Shown: positions 8,414 to 17,058 of the stretch, piece by piece
Layout of the letters: every line of letters begins with the position of its first letter
Position numbering within the stretch: position 1 is the stretch's first letter
Program-made: the position numbers and the translations under genes
From: a virus
Taxonomy: Duplodnaviria; Caudoviricetes
Reading direction: 5' to 3' (one strand)
IMG/VR virus record: IMGVR_UViG_3300026543_000083
Span: 1 to 31,497 of that record
DNA: 31,497 nucleotides
The notes under the pieces: generated by a model
The model's database searches: none
Seen by the model: only the letters and a program-made list of their open reading frames with translations
What the model was told of the DNA's origin: nothing

Positions 8414-9330
8414 GTCTTACATCAATTAACATTCCAACTTCACGAATTCTAGTAGGGGATGTCTTGGAAAAATTATCCATCATCCCAGAATTTACAATTG
8501 ACTGTGTAGTTACTTCAGTACCTTTCTTTGGAGTAAGAAATTACAAAGTAAATGGACAGTGGGGATTGGAAAAAGATCTTGGAACTTATCTGGATAGAAT
8601 GAATCTCATGATGGCAAAAATTTGGAGAATACTAAAACCAACAGGTTCTGCTTGGATTGAAATTGGTGACAAGCGAGACAAGAACGGATGGCTTGGAATT
8701 CCAGAAGAGTTTGCAACGAACCAAAGAAGAAGAGGATGGGGAATCATATCAAAACCAATCTGGTACAAGAGAAACGCAATGCCATTATCTACAAAGAAAA
8801 TGTATTCGCCAAAGTATACTAACATCTATGGGTTTTCAAAGAATGAAAAATATTATTTTGATTTAGATTCTGTAAGAATTCCACCAATAACAAAATCAAA
8901 ACCATTCAATGTTAGAGTTAGGGATACTGCCAAACCAAAATTCCTACAAAAGGCATCTGAAAAAGAAAAACGTGCAGACAATACACTGGGGGCAAATGGA
9001 AAACCGTTACGACATTATCATGGATTTAACGGCAGATATGATCATGCAAAAATTATCAAGAAAGGAAAGAATCCTGGAGACCTATTTGACATTACAGTAA
9101 AGCCATTCAAAGGATTAGACCATTATGCGACTTTTCCTCCAGAACTTCCAGAGAGAATCATCAAGGCATGCTGTCCCAAAGGTGGTATTGTATTGGATCC
9201 ATTCATGGGTTCAGGCACTACAGGCATGGTTTGTGAGCAATTGAATAGAAGATGGATTGGAATTGAGCTAAAAAAAGAGTTTGCAGAGTACGCCATTACT
9301 ACAAGAATAGGAAAAGGAAAACTTGTCTAA
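8410..9330 (+). CDS. Beta-class DNA amino-methyltransferase (N4-C/N6-A) with variant motif IV
   Basis: VVTSVPFF at the SPPY position, WRILKPTG, HYATFP, LDPFMGSGTT, WIGIEL. Confidence 0.9.
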   Translation: MSLTSINIPTSRILVGDVLEKLSIIPEFTIDCVVTSVPFFGVRNYKVNGQWGLEKDLGTYLDRMNLMMAKIWRILKPTGSAWIEIGDKRDKNGWLGIPEEFATNQRRRGWGIISKPIWYKRNAMPLSTKKMYSPKYTNIYGFSKNEKYYFDLDSVRIPPITKSKPFNVRVRDTAKPKFLQKASEKEKRADNTLGANGKPLRHYHGFNGRYDHAKIIKKGKNPGDLFDITVKPFKGLDHYATFPPELPERIIKACCPKGGIVLDPFMGSGTTGMVCEQLNRRWIGIELKKEFAEYAITTRIGKGKLV

Positions 9331-9742
9331 TCAAGAACAATTCATAGGCAGAGCAGAAAAGATAGTCAAACAATTACTCCAAAATCCATTTGGCATTAAA
9401 ACGATAATGCCACAGGTTCCAATAGTCACGCTAATCTCATATGAGGAATACAAGTTCTTTGATCCTGAAATAAGAAAGCACAAGTTTGACTTTGTAATAT
9501 ATCTAAACAACGGACGGAAAATTGCAGTAGAGGTAAACTACAAACACGGGCCAAAGGCTGACAGAAAATCAAACAGAATATTTGAGCCTGTACTAAAAAA
9601 CAATGGGATAGCATTACTTACTATTGATGATCACTCTTGCAGAACACTGTTCAATCAGAATGGAAAAGGCATTCACCAAACAACAACAGATGACGTAAGG
9701 GACATCTTAGATGCCTTTGACACGTCAGAGATTACACTATGA
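9323..9742 (+). CDS. PD-(D/E)xK-like nuclease
   Basis: GRAE..., KFDFVI...IAVEVNYKH. Confidence 0.65.
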   Translation: MSNQEQFIGRAEKIVKQLLQNPFGIKTIMPQVPIVTLISYEEYKFFDPEIRKHKFDFVIYLNNGRKIAVEVNYKHGPKADRKSNRIFEPVLKNNGIALLTIDDHSCRTLFNQNGKGIHQTTTDDVRDILDAFDTSEITL

Positions 9743-9815
9743 GCGATTCAACTTGCGACGGCCTAACAGCATTCTGGTTACTTTGTGACCTTTTGGAAAT
9801 TGAAGATATAGAAAA

Positions 9816-10196
9816 ATGAGTAATAACCAAAAACTAACCGCACAACAAAAGCATGTGCAGTCAACCCAGAGATGGAATGAAAACAATTCAGAATACTTTG
9901 CAAAACAAAACAAATTACGTTCCAAAAAAACTTGTTTAAAAAACGCAATTCCAAAAATGGAGCTAAAAATCATTCAATACAAACTAAGAATTAATTTAAT
10001 TAATAATCAACTTGCCGAGAACTCCAAATGTAAACAGCAGACAAAGCAAGACCCAAAGAAAGAACATGTACAGCTAACACAAAAACCAAAAGAATCTACA
10101 ATATGTCACATTTGTAATATTCCTTATACCACCAAAGAAAAACTATTGAGACACAATGCAAGAAGACACACTACAAACTCTTTGGAGGAAAAGTAA
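9816..10196 (+). CDS. Basic protein with C-terminal C2H2 zinc finger
   Basis: CHICNIPYTTKEKLLRHNARRH. Confidence 0.75.
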   Translation: MSNNQKLTAQQKHVQSTQRWNENNSEYFAKQNKLRSKKTCLKNAIPKMELKIIQYKLRINLINNQLAENSKCKQQTKQDPKKEHVQLTQKPKESTICHICNIPYTTKEKLLRHNARRHTTNSLEEK

Positions 10197-10197
10197 G

Positions 10198-10341
10198 ATG
10201 GTTACAGCATTAAAACGTCCTGATGGTTCAGTATTCTATCTTTGTGACTATTGTGAAAAGGAAGCATTTGGTTCAAACGATATGAGTGTAGTTCTTGATC
10301 ATGAGGATGTTGAACATTCGAATAAGGAGAAAGACAAATGA
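10198..10341 (+). CDS. C2H2-like microprotein (47 aa)
   Basis: ATG 10198 after GGAGG; CDYC...HEDVEH. Confidence 0.65.
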   Translation: MVTALKRPDGSVFYLCDYCEKEAFGSNDMSVVLDHEDVEHSNKEKDK

Positions 10342-10817
10342 TCGAAGAAGTAAAGCAACTGAAACTCAGGTACAAAATTTACATTCACCGTTATCCTGAT
10401 GACAAAAAACGAAACAATCAAACTATCATCATCACTTCTTGGAAAACCAAAAAGAGTGAATATCATGAAAATCAAATTGATTTTTGTTGTGATTCATTCA
10501 AACAAGCAGTTGGTTACGGATATATTGTAATTGTAACAAACAAACAAAACTTTCAACATCTCAAATACGATGAAAGAAAAGAAGAGTTCAAGGAACCTGT
10601 TATCTGTCTAAGAACATTTGATGAACAGAGTGGATATGATAGAGATGAAGGATTGGATGAATGGAATTTACCAATATCTAACTGTCCTTTCTGTACTGCA
10701 AAAATTGAAACTGAATTAGTAGAAAAGAAAAGAATCACTCACACTTGCAAGAAAGTCAAGAAGACATACGAATCATGTGAAGATGAAGTTACCGAGGAGG
10801 ATCTTACAGTTGTTTGA
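10338..10817 (+). CDS. Hypothetical Zn-binding protein
   Basis: FCCD...ISNCPFC. Confidence 0.7.
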   Translation: MIEEVKQLKLRYKIYIHRYPDDKKRNNQTIIITSWKTKKSEYHENQIDFCCDSFKQAVGYGYIVIVTNKQNFQHLKYDERKEEFKEPVICLRTFDEQSGYDRDEGLDEWNLPISNCPFCTAKIETELVEKKRITHTCKKVKKTYESCEDEVTEEDLTVV

Positions 10818-10917
10818 GAAAGTAACCATGTTCACTGTTTTTTCTGTTGTGTACACTGTTGGATGTATCATGTCTTTTCTAATTGGTGTTACGTATGGAG
10901 GAATGTTTCTCAAATGA
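10810..10917 (+). CDS. Single-pass membrane microprotein (35 aa); not in the ORF track
   Basis: GAGGAGG 10794-10800, TTG start, MFEKVTMFTVFSVVYTVGCIMSFLIGVTYGGMFLK, ATGA overlap. Confidence 0.6.
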   Translation: MFEKVTMFTVFSVVYTVGCIMSFLIGVTYGGMFLK

Positions 10918-11207
10918 CAGAACGACAAATGACCAAAGGTGACAAACCAGTTGCAATTGGAATCAGTAAAGCACCAGAAGATCCTGTTGAAAAGAAAAAA
11001 TGGGTTAGCGATATGGCTAGGATGCAAATCTCAATGTGGTTAGGTGACAAATGTTTCTGTCTTTACTGTAAGCATAAATACAAATCAGTTGAGGATTTTT
11101 ACGAGAAAAGCCCACACCAAGGACACACCAAAGACATGTCATTTGTCTGCAAGTCTTGTTATCCAAAATACAAAACGGCTCTTAAGGAGAAAAGTCAAAA
11201 TGATTGA
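10914..11207 (+). CDS. Zn-binding protein
   Basis: CLYC...CKSC; ATG 10914 preferred to the track start at 10863. Confidence 0.65.
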   Translation: MTERQMTKGDKPVAIGISKAPEDPVEKKKWVSDMARMQISMWLGDKCFCLYCKHKYKSVEDFYEKSPHQGHTKDMSFVCKSCYPKYKTALKEKSQND

Positions 11208-11592
11208 CGATATCGTCTACCTAAAAAAGGCTGTAAGATTAGGCACACAATCACACGGTCTTAACATTCCGAGACTAAACAAAATCATTGATACTCTACA
11301 AGAAAAGGCAGAGAAATGGGATTTATATTTAGAAAAAGGTTCTGCTTCTGAATCATTTTTAGAAGAAGAAAACAAACGGCTCAAAGATTTTATCAAAGAA
11401 AAAGACCTTTACATTTTGTCGCATCCACATGAATACAAAGAGATAGTAGAGAAGATAAAGACCGGAATCAAAAAACTTGAAGAATACAAAACAGCAGTTA
11501 ATGATGAAACTAAAGATTATCCATACATAAACATAGAATCAATTATCAAAGAACTCAAAGAACTACTAGCGACAAAGGAGGGGAATTGTTAG
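11200..11592 (+). CDS. Coiled-coil hypothetical protein
   Basis: AAGGAG then ATG 11200, preferred to the track start at 11044. Confidence 0.65.
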   Translation: MIDDIVYLKKAVRLGTQSHGLNIPRLNKIIDTLQEKAEKWDLYLEKGSASESFLEEENKRLKDFIKEKDLYILSHPHEYKEIVEKIKTGIKKLEEYKTAVNDETKDYPYINIESIIKELKELLATKEGNC

Positions 11593-11799
11593 ATGCCTGA
11601 ATTAAAAAAACTATCCGAAGAGCAACTTGTAGAACTTCATTCCAAGGTTATGAAAATGAGAGATGAAGTATTGACTTTAGTTCAAGAATATGATTTTGAT
11701 GCAAATGCACTAGTTTCTAAAACATTTGAAAATGCAATTGCAACAGAATTTGGAAGAAAATATCTGAAAAGAGTTACAAAAGGAGAAAACTGTCAATGA
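11593..11799 (+). CDS. Hypothetical helical protein
   Basis: GGAGG upstream; abuts the previous stop. Confidence 0.7.
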   Translation: MPELKKLSEEQLVELHSKVMKMRDEVLTLVQEYDFDANALVSKTFENAIATEFGRKYLKRVTKGENCQ

Positions 11800-11984
11800 C
11801 TTTGGATTGTATTGATCCTAACAAATGGGATGGTAAAACATTTCTCACCGAAGATGGTCGAGATTGTGCAAATTGTCTTTGTTATGCTATGTTCTGTAAT
11901 GGGGAATGTTGGCTATGTGAATTTAGAAGTTTGAAATCCAGAGGCTATGATATTTCCAGTCTGACAAAAGGGGTAGGTAGTTAG
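11796..11984 (+). CDS. Cys-rich microprotein
   Basis: CANC..C..C..CWLC; ATGA overlap. Confidence 0.65.
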   Translation: MTLDCIDPNKWDGKTFLTEDGRDCANCLCYAMFCNGECWLCEFRSLKSRGYDISSLTKGVGS

Positions 11985-11995
11985 GTATTACAGTA

Positions 11996-12169
11996 ATGGA
12001 AAAAACAAGAATCTGGCAAGTAGATTACAACAATTATGTAAAAGATAATGTAGTTGCAAAAACTGTAATTGAAGCCATTGAAAAATCTTTAGAAATAAAC
12101 AAAGAAGATTCTAAAGAATGCAACAAATCAACAATCACGGAGGTTAGTTTACTTGCAGAAGAAGACTAA
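11996..12169 (+). CDS. Hypothetical microprotein (57 aa); not in the ORF track
   Basis: MEKTRIWQVDY...VVAKTVIEAIEK...; followed by a T-tract. Confidence 0.65.
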   Translation: MEKTRIWQVDYNNYVKDNVVAKTVIEAIEKSLEINKEDSKECNKSTITEVSLLAEED

Positions 12170-12208
12170 CCTCTATTTTTTCTTAACGACTACTGGGGTA
12201 GATTGTAA

Positions 12209-12451
12209 ATGAGACTGAATAGAATTGATTATTTCTCTGAAATTAATACTGTAATGAATTATTTTGGTATGGTTGACAATTGCCAAAATCTAAAATATTC
12301 GATCGATTTTTCAATGCAAGCTATGCCAAAAATCGAGAAAACCATCAAAGATGAATTACATAATCCAGAAGCGATAGAATTATTCGAGGATTTGGAAAAA
12401 ATATTCTTTCCACATAGAACGACAACTGCTGGAGAAAGTACCCATGATTAG
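12209..12451 (+). CDS. Hypothetical protein
   Basis: 80-aa ORF in operon orientation. Confidence 0.6.
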   Translation: MRLNRIDYFSEINTVMNYFGMVDNCQNLKYSIDFSMQAMPKIEKTIKDELHNPEAIELFEDLEKIFFPHRTTTAGESTHD

Positions 12452-12557
12452 ACACCCATGCACCGCCAACGATTCACTGACAGACCTCTTTGACATAGAT
12501 GAGTTTGGAAATGAAAAACTTGTATTCTGTAGTAATACAGGAGTGTGGGAAGATTGA
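12444..12557 (+). CDS. Hypothetical microprotein (37 aa); not in the ORF track
   Basis: GGAG plus ATG; TTGA overlap with next gene. Confidence 0.45.
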   Translation: MIRHPCTANDSLTDLFDIDEFGNEKLVFCSNTGVWED

Positions 12558-12745
12558 CAAAAAATAAAGAAAGTAAAGATGTGATTGTGTTTAAGTCTGA
12601 AGCAGAGATCGAGTTTTGTTCTAACGAAGACATTGCTACAAAAGAAATAATATTTCCTTCACACAAGGAATTTGAAATTAAATGTACATTTGATATGACT
12701 AAAGAAATTGAAGAGTTTTTCTTTGGTAAGGATCCATTACAATGA
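12554..12745 (+). CDS. Hypothetical protein
   Basis: TTG 12554 in frame with the track ORF starting at 12545. Confidence 0.55.
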   Translation: MTKNKESKDVIVFKSEAEIEFCSNEDIATKEIIFPSHKEFEIKCTFDMTKEIEEFFFGKDPLQ

Positions 12746-12888
12746 CAAATGAATTATCTTGTAACATGTGTGGAAAGAAATTGAATACCACTGAAAAAGA
12801 ACATAGTAGTTGGCTTCATGGAATGTGTTTAGATTGTAAAGATGATGAACAGCGAATGGATAACGAAATCAGGTTCATGCGACAATGA
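12742..12888 (+). CDS. Zn-finger microprotein (48 aa); not in the ORF track
   Basis: CNMC...CLDC; ATGA overlaps both ends. Confidence 0.65.
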   Translation: MTNELSCNMCGKKLNTTEKEHSSWLHGMCLDCKDDEQRMDNEIRFMRQ

Positions 12889-12986
12889 AAGACAAAAGTC
12901 TCTATCACCATCCCACACACCACTACTGGGTACTGCAAAAGAACGGTACTAGATTATGCGGTTGTGGGAAAATAAAAAAACAATAA
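12885..12986 (+). CDS. His/Cys microprotein (33 aa); not in the ORF track
   Basis: HHPTHHYW...CGCG. Confidence 0.45.
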   Translation: MKDKSLYHHPTHHYWVLQKNGTRLCGCGKIKKQ

Positions 12987-13005
12987 AGAAAATCATAAAA
13001 AAATC

Positions 13006-13016
13006 TTATTAAGAAA
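13006..13016 (+). promoter_or_regulatory. First copy of the putative late-gene motif TTAWTAAGAAA
   Basis: 49 nt before ATG 13055. Other copies at 18248, 19776, 19805, 21361, 23607, 28999, 29947 and inverted at 17002. Confidence 0.65.
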
Positions 13017-13054
13017 TTAAAAATATGTAAATCTAATCATTCAGAAATTGATTC

Positions 13055-13393
13055 ATGTCAGTAGCCATTCCTCTTCTTGCTGATGATACAAGAATCAAAG
13101 AAGACATTGCAGAAGTTGGAACAACAAATACAGTAATCTTAGAGAAAATTAAACGATCTAATGAAGATGCAAGTATGGAAATGACTGCATTATTTTTAAA
13201 CAACGTTGACACTACCGTTGCAGCATCACTACTGCCTGATTGGTTTGTAGCAATTACTACTGAATACGCCACTTCTCGTTTTTGGGTAAAATCAACTGGA
13301 ACTGCACAAGCAACAGAGCAATCACAGGAAGTCTATAAAAAAGCACAAAGAATACTCATACAAAGATTCCAACCAGTGGAGAGCAGATCATAG
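13055..13393 (+). CDS. Putative head-tail adaptor-like helical protein
   Basis: Size and helical pattern (IKRSNEDASMEM..LPDWFVAITTEYATSRFW) recall HK97 gp6/SPP1 gp15-type adaptors; inference only. Confidence 0.4.
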   Translation: MSVAIPLLADDTRIKEDIAEVGTTNTVILEKIKRSNEDASMEMTALFLNNVDTTVAASLLPDWFVAITTEYATSRFWVKSTGTAQATEQSQEVYKKAQRILIQRFQPVESRS

Positions 13394-13395
13394 CA

Positions 13396-16290
13396 ATGTC
13401 CACTGCAACAATTCTCAGCCTTACCCTAAAACCAACAGTAGACGGAACTGAATTAATTGAGATCTCAGAGAATGGTACCGGAAGCTTCAGAACACCCCTT
13501 TCTGCAATAGTGGCAAACTATCAATTATTATCTGAAAAAGGTGCAGTCAACGGCTATGCTGGATTGGATGCCTCTCAAGAATTACTATTAACTAATTTCC
13601 CGACAGGAACAGGACTTCAGGTATTAAGAAGAAATGCTGGCAATACTGCATTAGAATTTGCCACAATATCCAGTGGAGGAATCACATCAATTAACTCAGA
13701 TACCACTCCAGCCCAGATACTGGCAGGAACTGCAAACAGAATTAGTCTAGTAGATGCTGGAGATACACATACTTTTGATATTGATTCCGGTTACGTAGGA
13801 CAAGCATCAATTACCACTCTAGGTACTATTACAACTGGTGTATGGAATGGAACAGATGTACTATTTACAAATATTCAGGATATCACTACTTCTAGATTTT
13901 TGGGACGTGTCACTGCGGCAACTGGAGTCATAGAAGAACTAACTGGAACTCAGGCCACCACTTTACTTGACGTATTCACCACATCCTTGAAAGGTTTGGT
14001 ACCTGCAAGTGGAGGCTCTGCTACTGAATTCCTCAGTGCAGATGGCACATTCAAAGTTCCAGCAGGAGGTGGGGATATGGTACTTGCAGATGTTCAGACA
14101 GTTACAGGTGCAAAAACATTCCTTGATACTACATTCTTCTTAAGAAATGTGGCAAATACATTCAGTGCATCTTTTGTTAACACAATTACCGCCAACAGAA
14201 TTTACACATTGCCAGATTTGGCAGGAACCATTGCATTAACTTCTGACTTGACTGGCAAATTTGATACCGCTGGAACTGGATTAACCAGTAGCGGAACTAC
14301 TGTAAACGCAATTGGCACAACAAACAGAATTTCTGTATCTGCTGATGCAATAGACATTTCCACATCTTATGTGGGTCAAGCATCCATCACAACACTTGGA
14401 ACTATAACTACAGGTATTTGGAATGGAACTACAATTGCAATTGCGAATGGTGGTTCAGGTCAGACAACACAACAAACTGCCATTAATGCATTAACAAATG
14501 TAGCAGCAGCAACAAATGAATTTGTACTTACTAAAGACACTGGTACAGGGGATGCAATATGGAAAGTCGCTCCTGGTGCTGGTGGAGGAATCACATCAAT
14601 CAATTCACAAACAGGGGCAACTCAAACTTTAACTCAACAAACAAACAAAATTCTAATTAATTCTGCAACCAATGATCATGCATTTACACTGGGAACGGAT
14701 GTTGTAACAATTGACAAAGCCAATACTTTTGAAGACTTTGTACAGACATTCAAGGATAATTCACTGCACATTGAAAATCCTGCAGGAACTTTTGATGTAG
14801 TCTTTCAAACAAGTGCAGAAATAACCAGTGATAGAATACTTACCATTCCATTATTGGGTGCAAATAGAACAATGGTTGTAACTGGATTAGCGTCTCAAAT
14901 TACACTGGGTACAGAAGTTACAGGTGCCATTACAGATCTTTCTGATGTAACTGCCAAAACTGGAACTGGAACTACTGCAGTATTTGATACATCACCAACA
15001 ATTGTAACCCCAACTATAGCATCCTTTGCCAATGCTGCACACAGTCATCAAGATGCAGCAGGTGGTGGAACCTTACTTTCAACAAGTGCATTGAGTGACA
15101 CTGCAAATCTTGCATACCTTAATACTGCTAATGTGTTTGGTTCAGCAAATCTTCAAACCTTTACACACGCAGCAGGCGGGGCAGGAATAGGTCTTGCACC
15201 AGTTGCTGGTGACGTTACCACTCCTAACAATGGTGAATTCTGGTATAACTCCACATCTAACAAGTTCAGAGCCCGAGAAAATGGTGTAACTGTGGATATG
15301 ATTGGTGGAGGTGGAGCTAGTCCATTAACTACACAAGGTGATTTATTCACATTCAGTACAGTCGATGCTAGGCTTCCTGTCGGTACAAACGGACAGGTAT
15401 TGTCTGCCGACTCCGCAGAAACTACCGGATTGAAATGGGTTGCTGCCGGTGCAGGGGACATGATTTTAGCATCTGTCCAAACAGTAACTGGTGCTAAAAC
15501 ATTCGCTGACAATGCATTACTTGTTCAAAACCCAGCAGAAACGTTTGCTTACACTTTACAGGGTGCCGCAATAGCCGCCGCTAGAATATTGAATTTACCA
15601 TTAATCACCGCCACTGACACCATTGCAGTTCTAGGTCTTGCCCAGACTGTCACTGCAATCAAGACCCACACAGTAGGACAAATATTCAACACTTACATAG
15701 AGTTTCCAACTGGTTCAGACCCAGCAGTACCTGGAATAAACATTGCAAGGCTTTACTTCAAGAATGACCCCTCAGATGGCGAAGCCCACCTATTCACTAG
15801 AAATGATGGTAAGACTTGGGATATCACTAATTCCCTTAACGAAGGAGATACACACATGAGCGTTTCAGATTCAGGCAGTGGTGTAATTTCATTTAATCCA
15901 GATGGATTACAACGAGGCCGATTTACGGGTTCTAATTTCTCTCTTAGAAATGGAACTAATTTGGACTTGGAAGGAAGTAACGTAGCAAATGTAGGACTCA
16001 TTACAATGGAAAATCCGGCAGACAATCAAATTTACATAATCACTCCTGCAGCAATTACTGCCGATAGGATTCTCAATCTTCCATTAACTACTGCGACTGA
16101 CACTCTTGCCGCCTTGGGTGTTGTCCAAACATGGGTTGCAGCTCAAACCTTTGATCATGCCGGATTCATTCTTAATCCAGCTGCAGGAGATCCAGCAACT
16201 CCAGTGGATGGACAAATCTGGTATAATTCAACATCTAACAAATACAAGGGAAGAGAAAACGGAACAATTGTAACATTCACTACAACTTAA
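13396..16290 (+). CDS. Virion fibre protein with internal repeats (964 aa)
   Basis: T/G/A-rich; duplicated GGITSINS, YVGQASITTLGTITTG.WNGT, GDM.LA.VQTVTGAKTF, RILNLPL.TATDT.A.LG and G..WYNSTSNK...RENG modules. Confidence 0.8.
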   Translation: MSTATILSLTLKPTVDGTELIEISENGTGSFRTPLSAIVANYQLLSEKGAVNGYAGLDASQELLLTNFPTGTGLQVLRRNAGNTALEFATISSGGITSINSDTTPAQILAGTANRISLVDAGDTHTFDIDSGYVGQASITTLGTITTGVWNGTDVLFTNIQDITTSRFLGRVTAATGVIEELTGTQATTLLDVFTTSLKGLVPASGGSATEFLSADGTFKVPAGGGDMVLADVQTVTGAKTFLDTTFFLRNVANTFSASFVNTITANRIYTLPDLAGTIALTSDLTGKFDTAGTGLTSSGTTVNAIGTTNRISVSADAIDISTSYVGQASITTLGTITTGIWNGTTIAIANGGSGQTTQQTAINALTNVAAATNEFVLTKDTGTGDAIWKVAPGAGGGITSINSQTGATQTLTQQTNKILINSATNDHAFTLGTDVVTIDKANTFEDFVQTFKDNSLHIENPAGTFDVVFQTSAEITSDRILTIPLLGANRTMVVTGLASQITLGTEVTGAITDLSDVTAKTGTGTTAVFDTSPTIVTPTIASFANAAHSHQDAAGGGTLLSTSALSDTANLAYLNTANVFGSANLQTFTHAAGGAGIGLAPVAGDVTTPNNGEFWYNSTSNKFRARENGVTVDMIGGGGASPLTTQGDLFTFSTVDARLPVGTNGQVLSADSAETTGLKWVAAGAGDMILASVQTVTGAKTFADNALLVQNPAETFAYTLQGAAIAAARILNLPLITATDTIAVLGLAQTVTAIKTHTVGQIFNTYIEFPTGSDPAVPGINIARLYFKNDPSDGEAHLFTRNDGKTWDITNSLNEGDTHMSVSDSGSGVISFNPDGLQRGRFTGSNFSLRNGTNLDLEGSNVANVGLITMENPADNQIYIITPAAITADRILNLPLTTATDTLAALGVVQTWVAAQTFDHAGFILNPAAGDPATPVDGQIWYNSTSNKYKGRENGTIVTFTTT

Positions 16291-16314
16291 ATAGATTAAT
16301 CATAATTTATTATT

Positions 16315-16587
16315 ATGGCATTAACTGGTGTGGAATTACAAAGGGTCGTAGATAGAATGATTGGAGCATCAGTTCATAGAATAGAATTAATTGAAGAGGA
16401 ATCAGTTAAAGTAACCAATTCTCAACTAGTAACTTCATTCACTATAAAGGATATACCAACTGAAAAGAAAAAACATCTTAGGATAATTGTGGAGGGTGTA
16501 AAATTTATTGCTAGTGAATTGAATGTTGACTTGACACAGATAGCTACTCCTACTAGAACAGAATTAGAAACTCGTAATTTTATTTAA
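16315..16587 (+). CDS. Hypothetical protein, possibly fibre-associated
   Basis: Small ORF directly downstream of the fibre. Confidence 0.6.
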   Translation: MALTGVELQRVVDRMIGASVHRIELIEEESVKVTNSQLVTSFTIKDIPTEKKKHLRIIVEGVKFIASELNVDLTQIATPTRTELETRNFI

Positions 16588-16637
16588 TATTGTTATAACA
16601 AACTTAATTAAATTTGGTTCCGTGAATAAACCATACT

Positions 16638-16997
16638 ATGGATTCACAGATTTACAAGGTATTTTTGGACACTCCTTCGGCACCACTATTATTCGTATTC
16701 AAGCAATCACCAGACCTACGGCCAAAAATTGGGGATTCAATAACTAGACCGCTAACTTTTCAGAACTTTAGAATAATGAGGGATGAGTTTGTAAGAGGTG
16801 GTTTAACCAGGGTTACAGATTCTGCCCTCACAAGAGTCACAGATTCAGGATTAATCAGAGTGACTGATGGAACAGGAAGCATAGAAGAGGTAACACACAA
16901 CTATTTCGTACTTCCTGCAAATGATCCTCAGAGAATCAGCACATGGACTACAAGCAGGTTTGCAGATGACCAGACACTAAGACAATTATTTAGATAA
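16638..16997 (+). CDS. Putative head-closure-like protein with a triple RVTD repeat
   Basis: RPKIGDSI..NFRI pattern; TRVTDSAL-TRVTDSGL-IRVTDG. Confidence 0.45.
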   Translation: MDSQIYKVFLDTPSAPLLFVFKQSPDLRPKIGDSITRPLTFQNFRIMRDEFVRGGLTRVTDSALTRVTDSGLIRVTDGTGSIEEVTHNYFVLPANDPQRISTWTTSRFADDQTLRQLFR

Positions 16998-17058
16998 CTA
17001 ATTTCTTATTAATTTATTAGACATATTTTTATCAAAATATTTTTTGTTGTAAACTACT

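Noticed and set aside
13396-16290. Fibre repeats as diversity-generating retroelement TR/VR pairs
   Set aside because: In the pair examined, differences are synonymous third-position changes of all base types, not adenine-specific, and no reverse transcriptase is in the window.
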